Source of the DNA: Callorhinchus milii
Lineage: Eukaryota
Assembly (NCBI RefSeq): GCF_018977255.1
Contig: NW_024704743.1
Span: forward strand, 21,640,001 to 21,704,000
DNA: 64,000 nt
Reading direction: 5' to 3'
The position numbers and the translations under genes were made by a program. This document shows positions 13,878 through 26,170 of this stretch, in pieces. Each line of letters opens with the position of its first letter. The first letter of the stretch is position 1. The notes under the pieces were generated by a model that had not been told where the DNA came from, searched no databases, and saw only the letters and a program-made list of their open reading frames with translations.

Positions 13878-14239
13878 CGTGTTAAGGCTAAGACCATGGG
13901 AAATTCTGGTGCCCTCTTAAATTCAAGCATACTTAAATTTGATCTTAGAAAACACAGTATCTCCAAAGGCCTCAGAACAGAGGACATGATAATCAAATCA
14001 GACTTTTCAGGTTCTGACACCATATAATGACTGGTTCCATGGTGCGTCTATTAGACAATTACTTTAGTTAGATATCCGCTGACTTATAAAATTAGTGCTT
14101 GATTGCTTGATTCAAATCAATTAGCTGCAACAGCGATTAATTCATTTATTTGGTAAAAGTGTAGCTGTTTGAGCTTCTTTTCTGGCACATTTCATAGAGT
14201 AACATTCAACAATCTGAGGCTCTCCCCAATCTCAGCACC

Positions 14240-14895
14240 GCACAGTCCCTGCCTGAGATTAATAATAATAATGCTCGTTGAAACATCTCAAAGTGCTTCA
14301 CAGTATATACGGGAAAGTGAATTGACTGGAAAATTTGTGGGTGAAACGTGGCAGCCAATTGAAAACAGCAGTGTCCCAGAAACAGTCGTGGACTGAGCAA
14401 CCAAATTATTATTATAATTTTTCTCTTTGATTAAAGCACTTGGGTGAACCTCGTTCCTGCACTAAAAAGATCTGTCATGTTCTCTTTGCCTCCTCTACTC
14501 CTGAACAAATGTGATTAACAGCTTTATTAAGATGAGCCAGGGAGTGAGGAAGCAATTTACCCCATGCAGAGATTATAATAATAATAATAATAATCCTTGT
14601 ATTTGATATAGCGCCTTATCACGTCATTGAGATGTCTCAAAGCGCTTCACAGAATATACTGTAAAGTGCAGTGACTGTGTATTTTGTGGGCAAACGTGGC
14701 AGCCAATTGCGCACAGTCATGGATTGAGTGGCCAAATTATTATTATTTATTTTAAGGGATTATTATCCCTGGAAAAATGATCCACCAAATGACCAACAAC
14801 CAGGTTCCCACTTACTGCTAGGTAAACAGAGGTGTGAAGTAAGGAAACTTGCCTAAGGTTTCACCCTGCCCGGAATCAAACCTGGATCCTCTTGA
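14240..14895 (-). mobile_element. Two SINE copies (fragment ~14255-14420; near-full ~14574-14895)
   Basis: Both match the young SINE body; the second has a long (TAA)n tail. Confidence 0.8.
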
Positions 14896-15269
14896 TTTAT
14901 CTCAAATCAAACATCTAGAGGAGGTCTCTCGATGGTTATGTCACAGAATGCTACTGAGGACCTTCCTTCTACTTAGTTCATCAGAAGTCTCTTTCCTTCT
15001 TTAATGCAACAACAACTCGCATTTATATAGCGTGTTCATGCAAGGTAGCGTCTCGGAGCGCTTGAATGCAGTGGCTGCTGGTGATCTTTTTGACAGGTCA
15101 GGCAATCCGAGTTTGCCTCACCAAGCTCTCTGGTTACCATGGCAATGGGTCCCTTGTGCACGTGCAATATCTAGTCACTGTCCCCAGCTGATCAAATTCA
15201 GGATCCTGTCCTTACAGTCCACAGTCTCACCCCACCCTAACTCTGCGATCGCTGGCAACCCTACGAAGC

Positions 15270-15625
15270 CAGTCGCTCAGTGACCTGCTTCTGCCCGCTC
15301 CCTCTGCTCAGCCGGCTCTGGCCTGCTCCACGTCCCCCGACCCACCCACCCCACCATTCGCAGGAGAGCCTTCAGCCACTCTGCCCCCAACCTCTGGAAT
15401 TCCATCCCCCAATCACTCCGCCTCGCCCCCTCCTTAGCCTCCTTCAAGTCTCGCCTCAAAACCCTCCTCTTCGACCATACCATCGGCCACCCCCTTCCCC
15501 TCCCCTCCCCTCCCTTCTCCCCCCCTGATCCCAGCTCGGGACTGAAATGCTGTACACTGTCCAGTGCCTTGGGACATCCTCCCGACATGAAAGGCGCTAC
15601 ACAAATGTAATCTTGTTGTTGTTGT
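15270..15625 (+). mobile_element. L2 LINE 3' end
   Basis: Homologous to the 3' ends at 6770-7082 and 28470-28810; ends gggacatcctcccgacatgaaaggcgctacacaaatgtaatcttgttgttg. Confidence 0.88.
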
Positions 15626-17344
15626 GTCCCCCACTTGATCCGCCCATGGTTGTTGGGCAAGCTTTAAGCCAATCTGACCATCTCTCTGAACTCCATTCCC
15701 TCCACCTTATCCCCAGCATAACCATTTTAAAGCCCACGTTGAGACTTACCTCTTTGACAACACTATCAGTTATGTTATACAATAACCGTATAATATTTAG
15801 AGGTCTGCAAAATACACAGTCACTTTACAGTACACTTTACAGTAAATCCTGTGAAATGCTTTGCGGTATCCTCCTGAATGGTGCTGTATCAATTGCAAGG
15901 AATATTTAGTTAATAAGGCAATTTGAACAATATCTTATTTTGAACAGTTCTGTATCTTGAAATGAAATGTTTTCTGTCACTCTCGTCTCTCTTGTTTTGG
16001 TTTCAGCTTTGATGGAGGTCCAGATTGATAACTTTATAGAAATGGTTTACTAAAATAAGAACAATATGGCTGTCATAATCAATGATAAGGCCATCAAACA
16101 TTGCCATACACCTTAAGGGGAAACAGATTATGAAATGTCAATCCTCATTTCACACAGAAACTGACAAAACATCAAGTCTAATCGTATTTCATTTGCTCAT
16201 ATTAGCTGGTGCTCTGAGATTTCAAGTGTTTTTTTCAAATACATTATTCGATGAAACATGACAGCAGTAAAGAACTGGTTAATCATTTATTCGTATTTTT
16301 CAAGTTAGCTAAGCTTCTTTTAAAAATCATCTGTCTTCCCAAGGGAGTCGCAATTTATTCATCTGAAAACAATGCGGTATTCGTAAATTGGAAGTTACTA
16401 ATAGCCCAGTGACTTCTTGTTTGCAACTGTTGTATTTCTAATCCAGTATTTTTGCTTCTGACGTGTGAATATTGTCCTAAAGGTAGAAAGACGATTTGTT
16501 ATCGCACTTTATTATGTCGAAACACTTCTGATGTGAACTCTCTCCCTGATGTCAAAATCCTTTCAGCCACATTCCTTCACCAAACTTCCCATTTGCTGCA
16601 TAAACTGCACTGCCCCTGTAAAGCACTTTGAGATGTTATTGTGCATAAGAGGCAATATTTAAGTGCAAGTTATTGTTGTATTTCTGGATAAGGTGGTAAA
16701 CACTAGGGTTATTATTAGAGTCTTTTGCATTTTGAAATCACATAATGAATGTACCTTTTTTGCAATTACTCATATAACTCATGAGTTCCTTCTCATCTCA
16801 GGCTTATTAACTCCAAATCAAATTTAACTACAAATAGGTTCATTTAGGCAAGTCAGGTTATTAAACATGCCAGGGAAAATTAATATCTCTCTTGTGTAAC
16901 TTATTCCTAAACTGGTGATGAACAGAATAAATAGACAATGATTTTCATTGTGTTCATGACTGTGACCATGAATATATTTATAATATTGGAGCATGGATCC
17001 ATCACAATATTCTGTTGGACTTCCATATGGTATTGCTTATAGTGTGCTTGATTCACTGATGTGCACTGGTATCTCGTATTCTATTGTGCAATGTTACCTT
17101 CATAAAGCTTAGTTTTCATGCATTCTGATAGGAAAATTCAAAGTGAATTTGTCCCGAGAGTGGACAAATTCTACCCAACTGTTTTGCTCAGCACTGGGAC
17201 CTGCACAAATGATATTAGGCTACAGCACTGCATTCTCTCTCACAGAGAAGTCATAATTCCAGTCTTATTCCGAGGCTGTTGTAATACTGAAGACAGAATC
17301 AGTGTGTGGTTTTCCCCCGGGATTTTAATTAACAGAGACCACAG

Positions 17345-17930
17345 ATATTCACAATTACATTAAGAATCCCCCCCCAATTTAACTCTGTTCTCTCCTGAAG
17401 GGAGTGACTCAACAGCTGAAAGTGGCAGTCCTCTGGTGCCTTGCCCAGTGGCCGTCCCAACACCTACAAAACAGCAAATAACATTCATTATGGTCTTTCT
17501 CAAGACTTACCTATTTGACTACATTTTTGATCATCCTTCTCCGCCACACACCACTTCAGCTCCCACACCCAGCTCGGGTGCCAAGTCATTATTGTTAAAC
17601 TCCATTGGGCATATGTCCTCCTAATGTGAAAGGCACTATATAAATGTATTGTATTAAAACATGATCCTAGAGATGTTCATCCAGGGGTATGATCACAGCT
17701 GAGCCTGAGCCTATTCTCACTGAATATCCACACAAGCACTTTCCAATATCAGAGTACTAGATTGTGATCAGGAGTAGGAACCCTGACTGATTTTTCTCCT
17801 TGTTATTACTGCCGTTCCAGCTTGGGACCATTGAACTTAATAAGATCTGGGAGTGATACTTGGCTTCCCTGGTCTGTATGGTTTGGAGTATCCTATTACA
17901 TGGTGCACTTACTCATTGAGCCATCAGGAA
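17345..17930 (-). mobile_element. Ancient tRNA-headed SINE-like remnant of a third family (related pieces at ~41480-42290 + and ~48130-48235 -)
   Basis: Minus-strand head gatggctcaatgagtaa...ccatacagaccaggg and body aaaaatcagtcagggttcctactcctgatc; 3' cttcaggagag motif shared with 42246-42270. Confidence 0.5.
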
Positions 17931-20900
17931 TCTCTTTAAGAGTTCTACTATATCAGTATGCTGATATATACCTGCAGTTACCTACGTTCCAGTTTATCTA
18001 GTTCGGCCCCCACACAGAAAGTGAGCGGAAGCCAGGTGACCTCTTACTCCCTCCCCACCTACTCTGGCTGGTTCAGGGATAGCATTAGCATAAAATACTG
18101 TCCTCTGGACTCACTGGGGCAAAGATACATACATTTCCAACTAAAAGTCTACCTCTTCGACAACACCATTACCCTCATGCCTACCCACATGGGCTCCCAC
18201 TCTACCTCCGTGAAGCACCTTAAAACTAGTTTAGCCACTACCCTTCTCTGTGTGTCCTTGGTCTGACACCATATGTTCGTATGAGAAAGATGCTGTTTCT
18301 GTCTATCAAGAGAGTCCTAATCATTTCATTAGCAATCACATGTTAATCTCTCAGAAACCAGACATGATTCATTACACATTGACTAGTGTTCCAGTTCAGC
18401 TAGGTTTTCAAGACAATAGCAATGGGTGCGAATCAGGTTGCAAATTAAATACATTTGTTTAATGTCACCAATTCCCTTGTGTCTCTTTCAAAAAACATGT
18501 GCTGTTTCTACCATGGATGAGCCTTGATACATTGAGTTAATAATAGGAACAAAAATAATAATCTTTGCATTTGATGTAGTATCTTGTCACATTATTAAAC
18601 AGTCACAAAGCCCTTCACAAGATTTGCTGGAATATGTAATGACTGTATTTGTAGGCAAACGTGGTAGTCGATTTATGCACAGCAATGTCTCACACACAGG
18701 CATGAAGTGAGTTACCAATTAATTTAAAGCAACAAAGATATGTTTGCATTATAAACAGAAATGCTGAAAACACAGGACATCTGAATTACATAGAATGTTT
18801 TATTCCAATTGGTGGAACCATCACTCAATGGGAAAAGACACGTGCCCAAGCTGCGGATAGGAAGATGGTGGCAATAGTCTCACACATTTCATGTTGAGCT
18901 TTGTTGCCCACCGGGAAGCTCGCAGAGAGTTCCTGGTACCTACCATCCACCCAGTGAGGGCTCAATCCCACCCTTCTCAAATATCAAATGACCAACTGGT
19001 GGCTATCCTCCTTGTGGAGAGAGGTAAGCGGGGACGGAACTGAACTGTGATGTGATATGTTTGACAACAGAATGTCGGAATTGAGCCCACCCTCTGTGAT
19101 GGTCTTGGTAGTCCAATTGCTGAGCAAGGCAAGACCTCTAGGGCACTGTTGATGACAACACAGCCAGGTTCGCTCATCAGCAGGAACCGGAAGGTCAGAC
19201 CAGTCACTGAGGGCAGGGACTCTTCCCTCTCAACTCCCGTTAACCCTGCAAACCAAAGCCCTAACGGGCAGGGTGGTCCCAGCTGGACAAGCAGCAGGAA
19301 AGTTCGCCAGTGCTTTCAACGGCAAGCTATGCGGTTTTAGCTGGTTAGACTCCAGGAGTACTCCAGGGCACACTCTGGAGTCCTCAAGACTTGGCTCAGA
19401 AACTTGTCTTTCCGAAATTAGGCAAACAAAATGCGTCCTTCCAGGAGACAGTGCACATTCCAATAAACATCCCTTGGAATTTCCATGTATAGGTTTGAAG
19501 CAAGCAACTCTTAGTTTGGCAGTTTTCACATCAGAACATCTCAAAGCGCTTTACAGGAATTTCATTGTAAATTGGAGTGACTGTGTTTTGTCGTTTTGTT
19601 CTTTTGCACGGAGAGAAAACAGTGACAACAGCAACAGGTTGCATTTATATAGTGTCCTTCACGTAGGATAGCATCTCGGACAAGTCACCCCGGGTCATTC
19701 CTGTACACTTCCTTGTAGTAGCACCGAAGATCTTCCTCTTCAACTGTGCCTACGGTCACCTCCTCCCTCTCCCCGGCTCGGCGTTGGGTTTCGCCACTGT
19801 TAAGCATTCCGAGACGCTGCCCCACGTGAAGAGAGTTATATAATTGCAAGTTGTTTCTGTAAGATTCCTCGAATAGGTCAAATGGCTTCTCATTCATTTG
19901 AGGACTAGTGGAGATATGATCAACGCAAAATAAGATCAAAATGTGAAATTATAATTTTATTCCTTAAGCCTTAAAAGCAAATTGCAGAATCATTTTGTTT
20001 GGCTTCCCTTATATGAGCTTAGTTTTTTTGTGGGGGTTAAATAGTGTTTCACTTTTTGGTTGTAATCCTGTAGAGCTGTTGCGAGCTACATACATAGAGA
20101 GCATTGCACCTCTACATTTTGGTGTGCTGATCAAACCTGTTATGAAACATTAGATTTTCCCATCTATAAGAAGCTATAAGCATCAAATTGTTGGGTACAA
20201 ATTCCATGCAGTGTTATGTGCATTGCTTTTGGCAGGGTCAGCCACTAATGGGAAATTCTATTATTGCGCACAATGCTGAATGGGATTTTAACCCCATGTA
20301 AGTTGGCATTTAAAAACACTAACATACAATTGCACACATGAAGGAGAAGGGAATAGAAGGGAATAGAATGGGAGAGTACATCAGAAAGGGGTTGGAGTAG
20401 ACAGTAAACACCAGCTGTTTGGGCTGAGTGTCCTGTTTCCGTGTTGTAAAGATCTTTGAACACAGAATATGAATTTAAATTGTTTGAGCTTCAGATTTCG
20501 AAGTGGTGCTGCTCTGCAGAATGAGAAGTACAGAATTTCAGAATTCTTCTGGCACAGCAAATGTATTATGTAAGGTATAGGGTGCAATAGGCAATTATTC
20601 TATCTATAGCCTAAGGGGAAATTGGAGTCAGTTAAACTATTCCCTGGACAACTTTATATGTTTGTTGTGGAATTTTTCCTTTAAATTTGAAATGAGTCAT
20701 TTTCTGCCATTCATTCTGCTGCAGACTTTTTTCCCCCAACGTTAAACCTTTATGACACACTTGCAGAACTTGTGTTTAACACTGTTAGCAAACTTGAAGC
20801 GCTCCGAGACGCTAGGCTGCGTGAAGTGCGCTATATAAATGCAAGTTATAGTTGTTTCTGTTGAAGAACTATTTAATCTGGTTTTAAATGCTGTATTCCG

Positions 20901-20989
20901 CTGTGATATTTGAATCCTCTATCAATGTGGGGTTGATTTCCCATATCACTACATAAGAAATGATCACGGAAAATAGACGGAAAGCGGGT

Positions 20990-22093
20990 TTAATATAAAT
21001 TGTATTTTTATTGCAGATAAAGTACCTTATTTACATGCTGCCACAAGCCATAAAAGAGATCTATCAAATATTCCCCGGTGGATGCCAGAGTGCCATCAGA
21101 TATAACAAGCACATAATACAGCGTACAGGATACAGCCTCACTCACTATACAACTCAGTACGGTCCAAATGCTAAAGGTCAGACATTCAGCAAGATGTCAG
21201 TCCTACCAGTCAGTTTGCATGCATATAACACAGAAGCAAATATATGAGGTTACTGATTTAATCCCTTTGGGTGCTAAGTACTGCAGAGCTAAAGACAGTT
21301 GAAGATTTAGGATTTAATGGAGTCTGAGTCTTTTTTAAAGCCGTAACACCTTTAAATAAATATCCACAAAGAAACTGGTATAAAAACCTAAGATTGTCAT
21401 GGACAAGGACGACAATAAATGCTCATATTCAGTGATTAGGGAGTGGGAAGGAGCCAGTTAATACAAACAAAGCTGAGGTTGATTATATTTTGCCAAGCTA
21501 AGTAGGACCACCGATTCTACGATCAGCGGTGACTAAGTGCACTAGGAGTAACCTGGGGAAAAAACACAGGAACCCACTACTTCATATAAAAATTCTTGAA
21601 ACTATTAATACCAAACTATAATTCTCAGGGAGAACGTAAGAATGTCAACACCGGGTTAAAGAAAAGATTCACAATATAAATCACACTGAATTGCAATAGT
21701 ATTTCAAAAAGGTTATGGCTTGTCGGCCACGTCTAAACTCACTGTTGTCACATTATTGGTTAATAACTAGAAGGAAAGGGAATTTCCCATTGTTCAGAGT
21801 AGGTGTTTCAGGCTGGAATAACAGTACATGACCATTGCATAAATTAGATTAGTTCTGCCACATAAGTGCTTTCTAAATACTAGATCATTCCCGAATGCAT
21901 TTTGATCTGACAGAAAGAGTTCTTGTTTATGTGTATGAGAGAAAACTGAGGAAATGAGGAATTGGCATACAAATTGGGATCTTCACTGGATTCCTGCCTT
22001 CACTGTTTCTGTGTATTTTGTTACAAAGTTCTTGAGACTGATATGGAATTTGCAGTTATAGGCTATGAAAACGTTTAGAGATCCGGTTCATTG
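20990..22093 (-). other. GPR158: Probable GPR158 3' UTR
   Basis: Repeat-free stretch between the stop codon and the first minus-strand AATAAA; the distal end is approximate. Confidence 0.55.
21007..21012 (-). promoter_or_regulatory. Candidate polyadenylation signal AATAAA
   Basis: tttatt on the plus strand; T-rich sequence (gctttccgtctattttccgtg) follows downstream on the minus strand. Confidence 0.55.
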
Positions 22094-24013
22094 TCACACA
22101 TTGTTTCCAGATGTTTGGTCATCAAAATCCCAAGGACAGATTGAAGCCATCTTCGATTTGTCTACAGCTGTGCCGTGCGCATTTTTATTGTCCTTAACAG
22201 CAGCTGTGCTTCTTTCTATTGCATGACTCGTGGGGACGGTAGTTGCAGCCTCCCAAGGGCACACTTCAGCAGGTTTGTAATTCTCTGTTTCTGAATCACA
22301 GGCGGTCGTACCTTTGATCTTACCATCTACAGAACCAGGGGTTACCATAACCTCCCAGGAATATTTTTCAGCTGCTTTAGCTTTGGTTGCTGGTACTTCT
22401 GCCACTTTTACTTTGTTGTCTTTTTCCTTTTCTTTGTACTTGCCCTTTACTTTCACCTTATTGTCATCTTTTCTCTCCTTGATGCTTTCAGGGTCCTTTG
22501 CTTTTCCAGGGGACACCAGGGTTTTCACAGATAAGCTAAACCCCTTCACCGCTGTCTTCTTCTGAGGGATGCTGCTTAGCAAAGCGGCCGACGCAGTTGA
22601 AGCCGGGCTCTTTTGCATTTCCGCAGAATCTGGTGGGTCATAATCCCACGGACAGACATCCACCCTATTAACAGAAGATTGGTGTGTGATACTGCCTGTT
22701 GTTACAGGCTCTGAAGTGACCCCCTTGTCCTTTCTATCTCCCGGAGATCCTCCTCTTTTCACTTCCCCTCTTTCAATCTGACCCATGTCTGAAGCTTCAA
22801 CTCCAGCCTTAGATGGCATTTCCTCAGCAAAATTGGCTCCATTATTTGAGTCCCCGTCTTGTGAAGTCGGAAGACTTTCAGGCTGATTGATTTCTGGCGG
22901 GGCTGCCTGCACCTCCTCAGTGTCCCAGGGACACACTTCCGATCTGTCAGCACTGCCTTGGCTCAGCTGTCTCTGCTTGGCAACACTCTCTGACACCTTG
23001 TGCTTGTTGGCGGACTGCATTTTGGCATTTGAATGGGAACTGTGAATACTCTGCGATTCCACAGGAGCAATAGATACATGTTTTTGAACTTTATTTTCGG
23101 AAGGAGTCGGAGGCTGGTCTTGTATTTCCCACGGACAGACCTCTGCTCTATTGAATAGATCATTCTGCAGGGAGTTTGCCGAGTCTGGACTAACAGTAGA
23201 CTGGCTACTTGCATGTTGTTTCATTATTCCAGCTTTTGGAGCTTTTCGTGCCTCCTCGGGAATTGAAGAGTAGCTCACAGAACTTTTGGGTTGGGATGTG
23301 GCCATTTCATTGCTATCAGATGGAGAGTGACATTTGTTTGTGTCCCTAACTTTCTGCTGTCCTTTATGATGCTTTGAATGTTCCTCCAAGCTTTGCGCTT
23401 TGCCTGTTATGCCCAGCGTCTTTTCCTTTGCACTGGCAATGACGCTGAGGGATTTTTGCAGCATGGATGTTCTGGGGTGCAAGGGCTTTTTGTCCAAACT
23501 TAAGTTGTGTGCACTAGCAGATTTGCACACAAGAGGGACTGATTCAGTGGAGACATCATCTACTTCCTCATTGGTCTTTTTAACCAATGGTTTTCCCATT
23601 AATGAATCTAACAGCCCGACCTCTGTGCTGGAAATTTCCATCTTATCTGACACAGACATGCTGGAATCTTCACCCTTATCTCTTACGTGGTCATAGGTAC
23701 TGAGAGATCTTTGTAATGTCAAGCCTTTATTTTTCAGAGAGTCTTCTTTTGCTTTCAGACTGGAGCTCGCAGGGTCGAATGGGTTCTTCCTACAAGTACT
23801 GATACTGTTCCTGGGCACTGTAGGGTCTGTCTGCTCCTTATCTTCTCGGCTGTATTGCCTACTTACTGTCTCTGGGATCTCAGTGATACGCCTCATGATT
23901 GAACGTCCTAAACCCTTCTTGGAGCTCCTCTTCTTTTGCAGATGTGGGTTATTGGCAGTCATCTTTTTCCTTTTGTAGATCTCCAGCTGTGCATATAGTT
24001 TCTTCAGCTCATC
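22094..24013 (-). CDS. GPR158: GPR158 terminal coding exon (equivalent to exon 11), cytoplasmic tail with coiled-coil segments and VCPWE repeats
   Basis: ttgcag|GATGAGCTG; DELKKLYAQLEIYKRKKMTANNPHLQKKR...CKSASAHNL...LQKSLSVIASAKEKTLG...VCPWE/D repeats; 639 codons then TGA at 22094-22096. Confidence 0.97.
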   Translation of the reverse strand, partial: DELKKLYAQLEIYKRKKMTANNPHLQKKRSSKKGLGRSIMRRITEIPETVSRQYSREDKEQTDPTVPRNSISTCRKNPFDPASSSLKAKEDSLKNKGLTLQRSLSTYDHVRDKGEDSSMSVSDKMEISSTEVGLLDSLMGKPLVKKTNEEVDDVSTESVPLVCKSASAHNLSLDKKPLHPRTSMLQKSLSVIASAKEKTLGITGKAQSLEEHSKHHKGQQKVRDTNKCHSPSDSNEMATSQPKSSVSYSSIPEEARKAPKAGIMKQHASSQSTVSPDSANSLQNDLFNRAEVCPWEIQDQPPTPSENKVQKHVSIAPVESQSIHSSHSNAKMQSANKHKVSESVAKQRQLSQGSADRSEVCPWDTEEVQAAPPEINQPESLPTSQDGDSNNGANFAEEMPSKAGVEASDMGQIERGEVKRGGSPGDRKDKGVTSEPVTTGSITHQSSVNRVDVCPWDYDPPDSAEMQKSPASTASAALLSSIPQKKTAVKGFSLSVKTLVSPGKAKDPESIKERKDDNKVKVKGKYKEKEKDNKVKVAEVPATKAKAAEKYSWEVMVTPGSVDGKIKGTTACDSETENYKPAEVCPWEAATTVPTSHAIERSTAAVKDNKNAHGTAVDKSKMASICPWDFDDQTSGNNV

Positions 24014-24384
24014 CTGCAAGCGGGAAACAATAAAAGCTTCTGAGTTACCATTTGAACACAGTACAGACCAGAAACCATATAACATGTAGTGCACAATCTG
24101 AACAGTGTGAAGCTGGGGACCCAGCACTATTCCTGGGGGACATTACTTGTCACTACACCAATCAGAAAACATCCTTTTTTTTACTAACGCTCTGCCTCCT
24201 ATCCCTCAACTAATTTCCTCTTTGTGTCACAATATTACCTTCACCGCCACATGCCTTAATTTTAACTGTTCATTTTTATGTGGCACTTTAATGCTTTCTG
24301 AAAATCTACAACAATGGCATCAATTGATAGTCCCCCTTTATCATCACTGGTTTCTGTCAAAGAATCCTATTAGATTTGTGAGAT

Positions 24385-24625
24385 AAGCAAGTTTCCTTAC
24401 TCCACATGCCTGATAATAATCCCTCAAGAAAAGAAAATTAATAAATTGGTCATTTCAAACCATGACTGTTTGTGGGACACTGCTGTGCGCAATTGGCTGC
24501 TGCATTTTGCCCACACAAAAAAATACAGTCAATTCACTTTACAGTCTATTCTGTGAAGCGTTTTGAGACGTCTAGAAGACATGAAAAGCGCTATATCAAA
24601 TGCAAGAATTATTATTATTATTATT
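24385..24625 (+). mobile_element. 5'-truncated SINE, short form, in the last intron
   Basis: gcaagtttccttactccacatgcctgataataatcc...aaatgcaagaattattatt. Confidence 0.85.
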
Positions 24626-25449
24626 AAAAACATGCCATCACTTTCCAAAACAAATAAGGAATGGCAATCTGAACAATGAAAACACATGCTGATCGAGATT
24701 TGCAAAAGTCTACATCCCATTTTGTTAGTCTACATAGACTACTCCTCAGTACTAATTGATAATTGTTTCAAGCAACAATTAATTTCCATTACCCGACATT
24801 TCTATCAAGTTCAATATTATTTCTTGAAAAATTACTAAATGCATTTCTGTCAATAGTCTCCCATTAACTTTTTTACAGTGAGGAGTCATACATTAAAATC
24901 TTAAGTCACGTAAAAATCTTTTATGCTGTACAAGGCTTTCGTAAAACATAGTTAGAAGTTTACAATGCATTAGCTATAATCGGATCAGTATATTAACAAG
25001 CTTTTGGACACAAATGTGGATTAACAAAAGCAATATTATCCGTTCACAAAGTGTATTCTAAAACTTGGCTCAAATTGGATGTTTTTAAATGGAAGTGAAA
25101 TAGCAACTAATCATTGTGGCACCAAGCCTGGGTATTGCTGCACGGCTGATAGGAAGATCCTATCTATCCTGGCTGATGAATAGATCTCATCACAGATGGT
25201 TCATCCCACTGAGTCTGCAGTGAGCAACTTTCTGAACACAAGTAACACAGCTTTTGCTCACTTTGGTGTATTTTCCAATAAGACACCACAGTCATTAACA
25301 GTACTGAACCAGCCGATTTCATCCGTTGTCTGCAACAAGAAAAACGGAACTGGCATGGCTTGCTGTTTAATGATTGGAAGAAATCGTTCTTTCGGGCTGA
25401 ATTAAGAACCTAATTATCAGCAAAAGTGAAGTGAAAATTTCATTCTTAC

Positions 25450-25596
25450 CCTGATGTCATCTGGATCTAGACTGTGCTCACTCCAGGCTGATGTAATGCT
25501 GCTGTTTAGGTAGGACCCGGACCTCCCCATGTCTAGTTCATCTTCATAGGCTTCTGTTGCAATGTCATCTCTCGGACTCATGCCTGCGTGAAGAAA
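25450..25596 (-). CDS. GPR158: GPR158 coding exon (equivalent to exon 10), proximal C-tail
   Basis: acttag|TTTCTT...ATCAGG|gtaaga; FLHAGMSPRDDIATEAYEDELDMGRSGSYLNSSITSAWSEHSLDPDDIR. Confidence 0.96.
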
Positions 25597-25639
25597 CTAA
25601 GTAAAGAAAGTAAATCATTAGTATTTTAAAATTACTCTG

Positions 25640-26170
25640 TTTCTTTTGCTCACGGCCTCCACTGCCCTACCTGTGCAAACTGCTACCACCCTACTGACCC
25701 AGCCACTCCCTTTGTTCAGCAAACACTGGCGTGCCCCCACCATCAGCTGGTGAGCTTTCAGCCATTATACCCCTGCTCCATCCTGGAATCCCTCCAACTC
25801 GCTCTCTTCCTCCCCACATTCAAAGCCGATCTCAAGACATACTGCTTTAACCATGCCTCATCTTTCCCTTCCTCACCCACTTCAGCTCCCACCCTCCAGC
25901 TCGGCAGCTGTTCTCCGCCTTCACCGTTTGGAACTCCATCCCACAGTCCCTTCGCCTTGCTCTATCCCTTGTCTCCTTCAAGGCCCATCTCAAGAGCCTC
26001 CTCTTCAACCGTGCCTTCGGTCACCCTCCTACCCCTACCCTCCCTTCCTGATCCCAACCACCAGCACGGGTACAAATTGCTCACTGTTCCATTAATACAT
26101 TAATAAAGCTCCTTGGAATGAACTCCCGATGTGAAAGATGCTATACAAATGTAATTTGTTGTTGTTGCCC
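25640..26170 (+). mobile_element. Two adjacent degraded L2 3' fragments next to exon 10
   Basis: Two ...ggaatccctcc/ggaactccatccc...ttcaa...catctcaag segments, then the L2 terminal motif and a TTG tail. Confidence 0.72.

Noticed and set aside
1..20000. Exons of a neighbouring gene such as MYO3A, which follows GPR158 in mammals
   Set aside because: No recognisable coding exon was found; short or non-coding exons cannot be excluded by eye.
24014..24127. N-terminal 38 aa of the 677-aa ORF as a start of a single-exon gene
   Set aside because: GPR158 similarity begins exactly after the ttgcag acceptor at 24013; the extension is open intron sequence with a non-ATG start.
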